39,316 bases of DNA from positions 20,847 to 60,162 of the forward strand of contig JAVHNX010000010.1 of assembly GCA_036169735.1 (NCBI GenBank). Reading direction: 5' to 3'. The notes beneath the pieces are model-generated. The model saw only the letters and a list, made by a program, of their open reading frames with translations. It did no database searches and was not told where the DNA came from. A program made the position numbers and the translations under genes. The stretch comes from Minisyncoccota bacterium. Its GTDB lineage: Bacteria > Patescibacteriota > Minisyncoccia > Phycocordibacterales > UBA9973. This document shows, piece by piece, positions 1 to 9,620 of the stretch. Position 1 is the stretch's first letter; every line of letters starts with the position of its first letter.

Positions 1-13
1 TAAATATGGTGCA

Positions 14-652
14 TTAAAATTCTTCTTCTTTGTTTTCTTCAAAACTTTTAAAAGTGATACCTGATTTTTCTAAAATAACTAGAGGTACTCCGTGGTTGGA
101 TCCGAAAGATATCAACATTCCATCGTGCACAGGAAAACAAATTTTGGGTTTTATTTCCAAAGCATAATTTACTGCATCTTTAATATTCGTCCAAGGACCA
201 GCCACAGGCAAAGCTAGAATTTCAACATTTTTACTCGAGTTACAAAAAGAATCACCCGGATAAAATAATCTTTTGCCAATAAAAAACCCGGTATTTTGAA
301 CCTGTCCTATCTCTTGATAAATTTCTTCATGTTTACAATCATGTGCTTCGATTTCGATACCAGAAAAATCTTTGGGAATTTTATAATCTAGAATTTCGTA
401 TTTAATACCTGCCTCGTCGAGCAATTTCCCTACTCCTTCATTTGTGATGACAATAGCACTGGGATTATTTTCTAAAATTTTCTTCAGTGATTCTATATGA
501 ATATGATCTCCGTGTTCATGAGTAATGATTACCAAATCAATATTATTTTCTTTTTCATTTTTATCAATAGTCCAAGAACCAGGGTCAGTCATAATCCTCT
601 TTCCATTTTCTTCTATAACCAAACAACAGTGACCTAGTTTTTTTATTTTCAT
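14..652 (-). CDS. MBL-fold metallo-hydrolase (UPF0173/UlaG-like)
   Basis: LGHCC N-terminus, THEHGDH metal motif, FYPGDS, PVH. Confidence 0.85.
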   Translation of the reverse strand: MKIKKLGHCCLVIEENGKRIMTDPGSWTIDKNEKENNIDLVIITHEHGDHIHIESLKKILENNPSAIVITNEGVGKLLDEAGIKYEILDYKIPKDFSGIEIEAHDCKHEEIYQEIGQVQNTGFFIGKRLFYPGDSFCNSSKNVEILALPVAGPWTNIKDAVNYALEIKPKICFPVHDGMLISFGSNHGVPLVILEKSGITFKSFEENKEEEF

Positions 653-654
653 AA

Positions 655-1911
655 TTAAATTATAACTTCTTTGTTGGTATACATTAATCCTTTTATATAC
701 TCTCTGGAAGATTCTTGATACTTTTTTAATAAACCTTTTTCTCTAATATTTTCAGCACTTTCACCTTTTTCTTTAAGTTGTTTAATTAACTCAATAAGAC
801 CTGAACCTTGTTCTGTTTTTAGAAACTTACTATAAATTTCACATTTGGAAATTCTCTTCTCTATCTCTTCTTCTGTTATTTTATTGAGATCTATAAATAT
901 GCTTTCTATTATTTCAGCTTCTTTTTTGATTTTCTCATCAAAATCTAGGTTTACTTCTTTTAAGATAATTTTTCCGCGTCTTTCAGGCGGTAAATATTTC
1001 CTTAAAAAATCTTCAGTCGTCATTGCGCCAAGAGCAACACTGTAAGGTGCTTTTCCTGTTTCTAAAAATTTCTTTACACGCTCTTTGTCGATCTGTCCAT
1101 TGCTATTTATAAACTGACTCCAAAAAGATCCTTGTTCGCTGTAATTTTCCCTTTTATAAATTTTAAAACCAATCCTCTCTGCAATAGGAGTATCCATAAG
1201 CCATGAATGAGCTAAAATAGCTTTCGTTTCTGGAAAATCATCTACAATCTTTACTGCTAATTTTTGAAGTGAATTGGAAGAAAAAATATTTGTATCGGCA
1301 CTATTAAGTGTTTTTTTGAAAAGAGGATCTAAATGAATACTCATGCATGTATCACTGTCTTCAACTGGTGAAAGCATCTGCGAACCATTAAACCAATACT
1401 TGTAATGACCATCAACATCAAAGGTAATAAGTCCGGCCATACCATGGTATTTACTATTATCTTCGAGATCAGATGACTGAACAATCTCTTCTTTTTTAGA
1501 ACTCTCTGCTTTTTTACGCTCTTCCCCTAAAAGTTGCATGGTCTTTTCAATCCAGTGGTCTTTGTCCTTTTCATGGAATTCAATAATTTTATTTTTGAAT
1601 TGAGCTTCAACTGAATCGTACATATAAGGTACCCATTCTGCACCTTCATTTTTTTTATGAGCAACATAATAACCCATTAAGTCTCGCAAGATTGATGTGT
1701 ATTTACCTAACAGAAACTCAAAACTGTCGACAGGTGATTCTTTTTTTATCTCAACTTCGGTATTAACTTTTTGTTCGAGAGGAGGAATTTTTCCAGAAGA
1801 AAGAAGGTCAATGTATTGAAGCCTTATTTCGCTGATTTTATCATCAAGAATACTCTCATGTTCCTCAACAGATTTCGACTCTATGGGTTTTATAAAGTTT
1901 TCTATATTCAT
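655..1911 (-). CDS. hypothetical protein (418 aa, Lys/Glu-rich)
   Basis: long ORF with own extended -10 (TG-n-TAAAAT 1918-1926); no motif recognised. Confidence 0.75.
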   Translation of the reverse strand: MNIENFIKPIESKSVEEHESILDDKISEIRLQYIDLLSSGKIPPLEQKVNTEVEIKKESPVDSFEFLLGKYTSILRDLMGYYVAHKKNEGAEWVPYMYDSVEAQFKNKIIEFHEKDKDHWIEKTMQLLGEERKKAESSKKEEIVQSSDLEDNSKYHGMAGLITFDVDGHYKYWFNGSQMLSPVEDSDTCMSIHLDPLFKKTLNSADTNIFSSNSLQKLAVKIVDDFPETKAILAHSWLMDTPIAERIGFKIYKRENYSEQGSFWSQFINSNGQIDKERVKKFLETGKAPYSVALGAMTTEDFLRKYLPPERRGKIILKEVNLDFDEKIKKEAEIIESIFIDLNKITEEEIEKRISKCEIYSKFLKTEQGSGLIELIKQLKEKGESAENIREKGLLKKYQESSREYIKGLMYTNKEVII

Positions 1912-1932
1912 AGCTTTATTTTAACACATTAC

Positions 1933-4900
1933 TTATTTCTGGATTTTAATCTTAAATACTAGTGCGTCAACTTTTATTTCCTCTCCTGCCTGCGCAGGCA
2001 GGCCATCATTTCCTATAAATTCTACATTCAAAGCAAGCACTGTCTTTTTTAAATCATTTTCAAATTTTTGAATAAGTTTCTTACCTTCTTCGCTAGTTTC
2101 TATTGAAAGAGAAATTTTATCAGATGGAGTAAGTCCGGATTTCTTGCGCATATCTTGGACACCACGAACAAACTCACGATAATCCCCTTCTTCTTTTAGT
2201 TCAGAAGTAATATTTATATCGAGCAATACTTCTGTTTCAATATTTTGATTTTCAACAATTTCTTTTACGTTCAACTCGTCTTTTATCAGTTCTGAATACG
2301 GAACACCAAGTTTGTAATCTTTTACTTCTATCTTTGCCAAAGGCTGACGCACTTTCATTCCTGCTTTTTGACGAGCTTCTAGTCCAAGGGAGACAACTTT
2401 TCTGACTGCTACCATATTTTCTAGAATAGAATCTCTAAGGTCGGACCTTTCTAAATTCTTAAGGTCCGACCTTTTTGTAACTTCTGGCCAATCTGCCAAG
2501 TGAACAGACTCCTCATCATTTTCATTTTTTAATTTCAACCAAATATCATCTGCAGCAAATGGAGCAAACGGTGCTAGAAGTTTCGCAATATTTTTCAAAA
2601 TAAAATATAAAGTTTGTTTTGCTTCCGCATCCCCTTCTTTTATTCTATCTCTGGAACGACGAACATACCAAGTAGAAAGATCATCAATGAAGCTCTTCAT
2701 TGCACGGACAGATTCCAAGAGTTTATAACTCTCCATCTTTTCTGTAACCAAAACAGTCAGATCATCAAACCGAGCCAAAATCCATTGGTCGAGAATATTT
2801 GATTTTTCTGTGGAAGGTTCTATCTTCTCTAAATCTTTGTCTCGATAAAGTTCATAAAAAGCCAAAACATTATAAAGTAAACCGAAAACCTGACGGTGAG
2901 TTTCGTTTACTGTTCTCTCGTCAAAATTCTTTGACTCACCTGGCTGATTCACTGAATACATCCAAAGACGCAAAGTGTCTACTCCATATTTGTCCATCAT
3001 AATCCAAGGGTCAACAACGTTGCCGATAGATTTCGACATCTTTTTACCTTCTGCATCCAGGATGTGTCCTAAACAGATAACATTTTTGTATGGTGTTCCA
3101 CGTCCCATCAAAACACCTACAGCTAACAAAGTATAAAACCATCCGCGTGTCTGATCTATCGCTTCAGAAATAAAGTCTGCGGGATAACCGGGACCTTCTA
3201 CCCATTCTTTGTTTTCAAAAGGATAATGGTCTTGAGCAAAAGGCATCGCACCTGAATCAAACCAGACATCCATAACTTCTTTGGTTCTTTTCATCTCTCC
3301 CCCACAATGACAGACGAGTTTTACCTCATCAATAAAAGGTCGGTGTAAATCAAGTTCGTAATTTTCATCATGAGGAAGTGGAACGAAAGCAAGTTCACGC
3401 ACCTCAGCATTTGTAAAATGTTTGAAACTTCCAAAAACACCTTTTTCAATTTCTTCTGAATGACGAAAAGCACCGCCTGTCATAGCGATTGACTCTTCTC
3501 CAGAATATCCAGAAGTTCCAGCAAAAAGCATCCACAAAGGAGAGCCATGACTGATTATTAAGATATTTTTATTTTTATATTTTTCTTCAAGTTCATAAAT
3601 AAAACTCATCGCTCTATTTTTAACATCAAGAAGTGATTCTCCTTTGTGCATCGAAGAAAAAAATCTTTCTTTAGCATCCTTGAATAAATTTTTGTACTCA
3701 TCCCAATTCTTTCCCTCAAAATCTCCTGCATCTATTTCAGACAATCTTTTATCAAAGATAATTTGCTCATCTTTAAAACCTAAATTTTCTTTCAAGACTT
3801 GCAGAGTGTCACGGGTACGCACAAACGGTGACACAAAAACTAGATCAATTTTTTCATCTTTTAATGACTCTGCAGATTGCAGTGCTTGTGCCTTGCCTTG
3901 TTCTGTCAGATGATCTTCATTTTCCTCGCGTGAAGAAACTACACCATGCATACTGTTTTTAATATTACTCTCAGACTGTCCATGTCGCATGGTTATATAT
4001 CTGTTACCGGATTTTACAACGTTTTCTTTTAGGTCATTGATACTACCTACAATATGACGGTCATTGCATAAATCACAACTCCAAATAGGTAGAGGTGTCC
4101 CCCAATATCTCTCACGAGAGATCGCCCAATCCTTCACTTCACGTAGCCATTCTCCAAATCTACCATCTCGGATATAAGCTGGCTCCCAATTTATTTTTTC
4201 ATTTTCACTTACGAGTTCATTTCGAAGAGAAGACATACTGATATACCAAGAATCTCGTGCGAAATAAATAAGAGGAGTATGGCAACGCCAACAATGAGGA
4301 TAGCTGTGTTCGTATTTCTCTTTTTTCAAAAGCAATCCACGGCGTGACAAGTCTTTGATTATCTCGACAGCTGTGGCTTCATCTTTTACAAAAAGACCAG
4401 CAAGAAAACCAGCAAACTTCAGAAAGTTACCGTCTTCTCCAACCATATGAAATTTTGGTAGACCAATCTTTGTACCTAAATCAAAATCGTCTACACCATA
4501 CATAACGGCAGTATGCACGACTCCTGTACCATCTTCGGTCGTCACAAAGTCAGCTGGATAAATTTTAAAAGCTTTGTCTAATTTTTCTTTTTCAGGGCCA
4601 GATATATTGTCTTTCAAAAATGGATATAAAGGTTCGTATTCTAAACCTAGCAAATCTTTGCCTTTCATTTTAGAAACTACTTCATACTCTCCAACTAAAA
4701 CAGACAATTTTGCTTCGGCTAAAATCTGGAACTCCTCCCCTTGTTTAACTTTTACATAATCAATGTCTTCCCCAACCGCTAGTCCGACATTGCCGGGTAA
4801 AGTCCAAGGAGTTGTCGTCCAAGCTAATACAAAAGTATTTTCTTCTCCAATTAATTTAAATTTAACAAAAACAGATAGGTCTTTTACATCTTCATAACCT

Positions 4901-5493
4901 TGAGCTAGTTCATGAGAAGAAAGAGCTGTTCCACAACGAGGACACCAAGGCAAAACTTTATAATCTTTATAGAGAAGTTTTTTCTCATCTACTGTTTTGA
5001 CAACATTCCAAACTGACTCCATAAAATGTTTATCATAAGTAACATATGGATTCTCTTTGTCGATCCAGTATCCAGTACGATCAGTAAATTTTTCCCAAAC
5101 ATCCACATGCTTCCAGACACTTTCTTTACACTTTTTATTAAAAGCTTCTATTCCATAAACTTCAATTTCTTTTTTTGATTTAAGGCCGAGTTCTTTTTCA
5201 ACTTTTAACTCGACAGGTAGACCATGGGTATCCCATCCCCCTTTGCGTCGGACATGATAGCCACGCATTGTTTTATAACGAGGCAAAGCATCTTTGAAAC
5301 ATCGAGGTTCCAGGTGGTGAATACCGGGCATACCATTGGCTGTTGGTGGACCATCATAAAAAACGAATTCCCCACTCGGAGATGGTTTCTGTAGTGATTT
5401 ATTAAAAATGTCTTTTTCTTTCCAAAATTCTAAAATAGCTTCTTCACGGAGAGCTGCTTCACTTTTATTGTTTTCCATTTTTTTTTCTTCCAT
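1933..5493 (-). CDS. ileS: isoleucine--tRNA ligase (type 2-like) with inserted histidine-phosphatase domain
   Basis: FYDGPPTANG, HIGH-like GIHH, GWDTHGLP, WTTTPWTLP, GTGVVH, DWAISRERYWG, DQTRGWF, KMSKS; Ile T-box upstream. Confidence 0.95.
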   Translation of the reverse strand: MEEKKMENNKSEAALREEAILEFWKEKDIFNKSLQKPSPSGEFVFYDGPPTANGMPGIHHLEPRCFKDALPRYKTMRGYHVRRKGGWDTHGLPVELKVEKELGLKSKKEIEVYGIEAFNKKCKESVWKHVDVWEKFTDRTGYWIDKENPYVTYDKHFMESVWNVVKTVDEKKLLYKDYKVLPWCPRCGTALSSHELAQGYEDVKDLSVFVKFKLIGEENTFVLAWTTTPWTLPGNVGLAVGEDIDYVKVKQGEEFQILAEAKLSVLVGEYEVVSKMKGKDLLGLEYEPLYPFLKDNISGPEKEKLDKAFKIYPADFVTTEDGTGVVHTAVMYGVDDFDLGTKIGLPKFHMVGEDGNFLKFAGFLAGLFVKDEATAVEIIKDLSRRGLLLKKEKYEHSYPHCWRCHTPLIYFARDSWYISMSSLRNELVSENEKINWEPAYIRDGRFGEWLREVKDWAISRERYWGTPLPIWSCDLCNDRHIVGSINDLKENVVKSGNRYITMRHGQSESNIKNSMHGVVSSREENEDHLTEQGKAQALQSAESLKDEKIDLVFVSPFVRTRDTLQVLKENLGFKDEQIIFDKRLSEIDAGDFEGKNWDEYKNLFKDAKERFFSSMHKGESLLDVKNRAMSFIYELEEKYKNKNILIISHGSPLWMLFAGTSGYSGEESIAMTGGAFRHSEEIEKGVFGSFKHFTNAEVRELAFVPLPHDENYELDLHRPFIDEVKLVCHCGGEMKRTKEVMDVWFDSGAMPFAQDHYPFENKEWVEGPGYPADFISEAIDQTRGWFYTLLAVGVLMGRGTPYKNVICLGHILDAEGKKMSKSIGNVVDPWIMMDKYGVDTLRLWMYSVNQPGESKNFDERTVNETHRQVFGLLYNVLAFYELYRDKDLEKIEPSTEKSNILDQWILARFDDLTVLVTEKMESYKLLESVRAMKSFIDDLSTWYVRRSRDRIKEGDAEAKQTLYFILKNIAKLLAPFAPFAADDIWLKLKNENDEESVHLADWPEVTKRSDLKNLERSDLRDSILENMVAVRKVVSLGLEARQKAGMKVRQPLAKIEVKDYKLGVPYSELIKDELNVKEIVENQNIETEVLLDINITSELKEEGDYREFVRGVQDMRKKSGLTPSDKISLSIETSEEGKKLIQKFENDLKKTVLALNVEFIGNDGLPAQAGEEIKVDALVFKIKIQK
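1985..2002. repeat. perfect 18-bp palindrome CCTGCCTGCGCAGGCAGG in frame in ileS (GLPAQAG)
   Basis: self-complementary, GC-rich in AT-rich context. Confidence 0.7.
2437..2473. repeat. REP-like doublet AGGTCGGACCT / AGGTCCGACCT inside ileS
   Basis: two inverted 11-bp cores at 2438 and 2462; near-identical copy at 13455-13492. Confidence 0.8.
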
Positions 5494-5537
5494 AAAAATA
5501 ATTTGTTAATTAGATAATATATTCATCGACTGAAATT

Positions 5538-5730
5538 AAAAAAACTCGTCCGCGTACAACAATTACAATAATTGCTATACAAGGACGAGTTTCTTCCTAT
5601 TCGTTAAAACGACGGAGACCCGTGGTACCACCTTGGTTACTTCTCATTACAGCTTTACCGGGCTTACCCGTTGGATTCTAGGCCGAAAGGCTTCTTTCCA
5701 AAGCTCCAGGGTGATGACCCCTTCAACGCT
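5538..5730 (-). promoter_or_regulatory. T-box riboswitch (Ile, AUC specifier), ultrashort Stem I, with terminator/antiterminator
   Basis: minus strand: GCGUUGAAGGGGUC-AUC-ACCCUGGAGC; Stem II UUGGAAAGAA...UAGAAUCCAA; CGGGUAAGCCCG; T-box AAGG-UGGUACC-ACGGG pairing with CUCGU-CCUU; terminator AAACUCGUCC...GGACGAG plus U tract. Confidence 0.92.
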
Positions 5731-5739
5731 TGTACATAT

Positions 5740-5768
5740 ACTATATACAAAATATCAAAAAATTACAA
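5740..5768 (-). promoter_or_regulatory. sigma70-type promoter of ileS leader
   Basis: TTGTAA-17 nt-TATAGT directly upstream of T-box Stem I. Confidence 0.7.
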
Positions 5769-5773
5769 ATAAA

Positions 5774-5806
5774 AATTCCGTACAAGGTCTTGCCTCGCAC
5801 GGAATT
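5774..5806. repeat. imperfect palindrome with AGG-N5-CCT core
   Basis: aattccgtacaagg-tcttg-cctcgcacggaatt. Confidence 0.6.
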
Positions 5807-5828
5807 AAGTAAATACATTCACAAACAA

Positions 5829-6293
5829 CTATTTTGTACGACGATGAGCTTTGGTGGCTTTTTCAGAACACACTACTGTTCGGTAGTACCACGTTCTGTT
5901 TTTAAAAATAAAAAAATGATTTTTAAGATTTGCAGGAATTTTCCCTAAATAAAACTCTTTTATTTTATCTTCAGGATTTTTTGTCTCTAATGGAGCAATC
6001 CAAATAACTTTATGAAATCTTCTAGTATAAACTCTTTCACCAATATTATTAAAAACCGAGACTCTACCGCATCCATCTTTTGAAGTAAATTCTCCTCGTT
6101 TTCCGAGCTTAGGATTAAAGGTAGTACGAACTACAACAGCATAATTCCCGTAACATTTCATAAAGCATATGACAGGATTTATTTGTACAATCTTTTCATA
6201 CCCCAAACCAACTACTAATTTTTATTCTAGATTTTCAAACCTAGTAACATCTCTCATTAATTCGAGAGTGGATTTACTTTCTTTATTTTTCAT
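5829..6293 (-). pseudogene. hypothetical gene with in-frame TAA at 6222-6224 (or a shorter 125-aa CDS from TTG 6206)
   Basis: ATG at 6293 gives MKNKESKSTLELMRDVTRFENLE*KLVVGLGYEK, in frame with ORF 5829..6206. Confidence 0.55.
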
Positions 6294-6368
6294 TTTCTAT
6301 ATTTTTTTGAGGTTCATATCTAGAATCTTTATAGCAGAAAAAACCCTTTTTGTAAAGGGCTGTTTTTC

Positions 6369-6393
6369 TTCCCCTATCCCCGGGATAGGGGAA
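6369..6393. terminator. GC-rich hairpin just downstream of argS
   Basis: ttcccctatccc-c-gggataggggaa; no clear U tract on the minus strand. Confidence 0.45.
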
Positions 6394-6401
6394 ACATATT
6401 T

Positions 6402-8084
6402 TTACATTCTATCAGGAGCTTGAATACCCAACAAAGCCAAACCATTTTTAAGAACAATTTGTGTTGCAAATGCAATGGCTAAACGATGTTCAGAAACTTC
6501 TTTATTTGATTCATCAATAATTTTGTTTTCACCATAGAATGAATTGAAGGCTCTCGCAGTTTCAATAAGATATGTAACTATATATTGTGGAGCATATTCA
6601 GAAATTGTATGTTCCACAATTTCTGGAAAACGATATAATATTTTTTCAGGATCAGAAATATTTTGGACTTTATAATTTGGTACCATACCTAGTCCTTTGC
6701 CCTTTTCAATAAGGCTTTGTATACGAGCATGAGTGTATTGAAGGTATGGTCCAGAATCACCTTCAAAAGATAAAGATTCATCAGGATCAAAATTTATATT
6801 TTGCCCTGGTTTTGTTCTAAGGATTGAAAATTTAATGGCAGCTATAGCGATTGATTCATGAAGCCCATCAATATTTTTGTGAATTGATCGTTCAGCAACA
6901 TCTTCCCCAACCGTTTTCAACATTTCCTCTGCTAGAGGCGCACCACCCATACGAGATGACATTCTTTGCCCTTTGAAATTCATACGTCCATGTGATACGT
7001 GGATACTTTTTTCTGCCCATTCAGAATTTATTTTTTCTGCGGCATCAAGCACAACACCAAAATGTGAAATTTGCTCATGGTCTGTAATAAAAATTGAAGT
7101 ATCAGGATGCACTCGTTCAAACTTAAGCTTTAGCAATCCAAGATCTTTTGCCTCATAAGTAGGATTGCCTTGGCTATTTATAAATACTGCTGTATTTAAA
7201 TTCTTTTTTGATTCGTCAGGTATATAAATAATAGCTCCTTCACTTTCAGTAAAGACTGATGGGGTATTTTTTTTAACAATTTCTTTTCCAACAACTCCTG
7301 CTTCACTTTCATAAATATACGAATCAAAATGTGAACCTAGCTTTCCTGTAATTGATTCAAAATATGCAATGTTAAGTTTCTTACATTTTTCAAACACATT
7401 TAATTCTGGAGAAATTGTGTCAGCATACAGATTATCAGCAATTTCTTTAACACGAGAATGAATTGATTCATCATCTTTATATCGCTGTGTTCCCTCTACA
7501 TACGCATCACCAAGGACAACAATATCGTTCGGAGTAAAATCCTTTCCAAACTTTTCAAGGAGAATATAAATTGCTTTTGCCACACCTAGAGAAATATCTG
7601 AAGGGAAAGACATCGTTACTACATCAGCACCTGAGAATTTCATGAGTTGCACAAGAGACTCTCCAATTGCATTGTTCATCATATGTCCAACAGTAAAAGG
7701 TTTAAATAGATTCGGAGAAGAATGTTCTATTAAAACTAATTTTCCATTAAGTGTATTTACTTTTCCAAAATTTTCTTTTTTGTTTAAAATATCTTTAATA
7801 TTTTCAGTAAAAAATTCTCGGGACAAATAAAAATTTATAAACCCAGGTCCTGCAACACTTATTTTTTCTATCTTATTGTCAAGGTTAAGCCTTGACAATT
7901 GGTCGACTATTTTTTCTGCTAAATCTTTAGGATTAGTGTTTAATTTTTTAGAAAAAACCATAGCCACATTTGTGGAATAATCCCCTTTCGTTAAATCTGC
8001 AGGATGTTCAACAATAAAATCACCTCCTTCTATCTCAAGATTTTTTAATGCTTCTATAATTAAATTTTTTATTTTCTGTTCCAT
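6402..8084 (-). CDS. argS: arginine--tRNA ligase
   Basis: GDYSTN, AGPGFINF, EHSSPN..K...VGH, RMSSR, FEGDSGPYLQYTHAR, LLGIQAPDRM. Confidence 0.96.
   Translation of the reverse strand: MEQKIKNLIIEALKNLEIEGGDFIVEHPADLTKGDYSTNVAMVFSKKLNTNPKDLAEKIVDQLSRLNLDNKIEKISVAGPGFINFYLSREFFTENIKDILNKKENFGKVNTLNGKLVLIEHSSPNLFKPFTVGHMMNNAIGESLVQLMKFSGADVVTMSFPSDISLGVAKAIYILLEKFGKDFTPNDIVVLGDAYVEGTQRYKDDESIHSRVKEIADNLYADTISPELNVFEKCKKLNIAYFESITGKLGSHFDSYIYESEAGVVGKEIVKKNTPSVFTESEGAIIYIPDESKKNLNTAVFINSQGNPTYEAKDLGLLKLKFERVHPDTSIFITDHEQISHFGVVLDAAEKINSEWAEKSIHVSHGRMNFKGQRMSSRMGGAPLAEEMLKTVGEDVAERSIHKNIDGLHESIAIAAIKFSILRTKPGQNINFDPDESLSFEGDSGPYLQYTHARIQSLIEKGKGLGMVPNYKVQNISDPEKILYRFPEIVEHTISEYAPQYIVTYLIETARAFNSFYGENKIIDESNKEVSEHRLAIAFATQIVLKNGLALLGIQAPDRM
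7875..7899. repeat. perfect palindrome with AGG-N5-CCT core inside argS (LSRLNLDN)
   Basis: attgtcaagg-ttaag-ccttgacaat. Confidence 0.7.
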
Positions 8085-8506
8085 TACTTTTTTCCTGTAG
8101 ATCCGAACCTTCCTTCTCCACGATCTGATTCACTCAATATATCAGTTTCCTCCAATTCCGCAATCACGACAGGTGTAATTACTAGTTGGGAAACCTTGTC
8201 CCCAACTTCAAAAGTATAAGGTTTATCTGACAAATTAACTAAAAGTGTATTATATTCTCCTCTATATCCCGCATCATAAACCCCACCCATATGTGCAAAT
8301 CCCGCTTTAGAAATACTGCCTTTGTCCATAATAATAGCTCCATAACCTTCTGGAAATTCTAAAGCAAATCCATGCCAAAAACGATAATGCTCACCTGGTG
8401 CAACGGTAACATCTTCCATTGAATATAAATCCAACCCAATATCTCCAGAATGATGATAAGTCGGTAATTTTGCGTTGTCTTTAAGTTTTTTTATTTTAAT
8501 TTTCAT
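8084..8506 (-). CDS. dut: trimeric dUTP diphosphatase
   Basis: GLDL, GVYDAGYRGE, GDKVSQL, RGEGRFGSTG. Confidence 0.93.
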   Translation of the reverse strand: MKIKIKKLKDNAKLPTYHHSGDIGLDLYSMEDVTVAPGEHYRFWHGFALEFPEGYGAIIMDKGSISKAGFAHMGGVYDAGYRGEYNTLLVNLSDKPYTFEVGDKVSQLVITPVVIAELEETDILSESDRGEGRFGSTGKK

Positions 8507-8916
8507 TATTTAAACTTTTTCTCAAAAATATCTTTTAATTCGGACACATTATTATATTCAATAACTTCAATATTTTTATTTCCCGCAATCATAGCAAAAA
8601 GTCTTTTTCCTTCTGAAGGTCTGTACAAGGCAATAATTTTCTTTTGGATAGATTCAGCAAAACCAATCTCGTATCCTACTCCGAGTGATGGATTTGTAAC
8701 TTCCGCAATAATAATATCTGCTTCATTGACCCAATTCATATCTTTTGTGTAAATTTCTTGGTTAGTCATTGTCACTTGTCCGTAACTTGTCAGGTCTTTA
8801 TTACCAATATGTTCACTCAACACTTCACCATGTTCTTTCAATAAAGAAATAATATCCAAATAAATATCTTGATCATCTCTTCCCCCTCGTATCGAACCTG
8901 CAAAATAAATTTTCAT
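8506..8916 (-). CDS. nucleoside 2-deoxyribosyltransferase family, RCL/DNPH1-like dNMP N-glycosidase
   Basis: IYFAGSIRGGR, AEVTNPSLGVGYEIG. Confidence 0.88.
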   Translation of the reverse strand: MKIYFAGSIRGGRDDQDIYLDIISLLKEHGEVLSEHIGNKDLTSYGQVTMTNQEIYTKDMNWVNEADIIIAEVTNPSLGVGYEIGFAESIQKKIIALYRPSEGKRLFAMIAGNKNIEVIEYNNVSELKDIFEKKFK

Positions 8917-8923
8917 AATTATA

Positions 8924-9619
8924 TTATTTCAAAACTTTTCTAACTTCTGAATAAACATCTTTCTGAATATCTTCCCTTGTTCGCATTATATTACCTTTTG
9001 TACAAGATATTTTTACAAAATTATTTAATTCTTTAATAAGTTTTAATGCACTCTTACGGGAATTCTCTAAGAAAATAGGATCGTTTTCGTGTACATCTGT
9101 TTTCCGTCTTAAATACTGACGAGTTTTCTTTGAATCACGTTCAATCATCAGCTTTTGAGTAATTTTAATTGGTACCTCTAAATAAACTACAACATCTGGA
9201 CGTGGAATACCAAAAACTCTGTATTCCATATCATCAAGCCAACGTAAAAAATCTTTTCTTTTTTTTGAGTCTGTAATTTTACCACCTTGATGAATTTGAT
9301 TTGCACTCACATAACGATTTGCGATAACAATACATCCTGACTTTAACCATTTAGAAATTTGTTCAGAAGACTCCCAGCGATCAGCAGCGTAAAGAACAGA
9401 AGCAATCTTAGGGTGTAATTTTAAAAAATTAAAATGTTGCTCTGAAAGACAATGACCAATAAATTGACCAAAGAAATTTTTGTAATACTCAGGAAAATCC
9501 ACAGTCTTAACCTTAAATCCTTCTTTTACCAATTGTGCTCGAAGCAACTCAACTTGAGTCGCCTTGCCGCTACCATCTGTGCCGTCTATTACTATAAGTT
9601 TTCCTTTTTGTTTTTTCAT
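8924..9619 (-). CDS. tmk: thymidylate kinase
   Basis: IDGTDGSGKATQ P-loop, LYAADR, NRY. Confidence 0.9.
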   Translation of the reverse strand: MKKQKGKLIVIDGTDGSGKATQVELLRAQLVKEGFKVKTVDFPEYYKNFFGQFIGHCLSEQHFNFLKLHPKIASVLYAADRWESSEQISKWLKSGCIVIANRYVSANQIHQGGKITDSKKRKDFLRWLDDMEYRVFGIPRPDVVVYLEVPIKITQKLMIERDSKKTRQYLRRKTDVHENDPIFLENSRKSALKLIKELNNFVKISCTKGNIMRTREDIQKDVYSEVRKVLK

Positions 9620-9620
9620 T

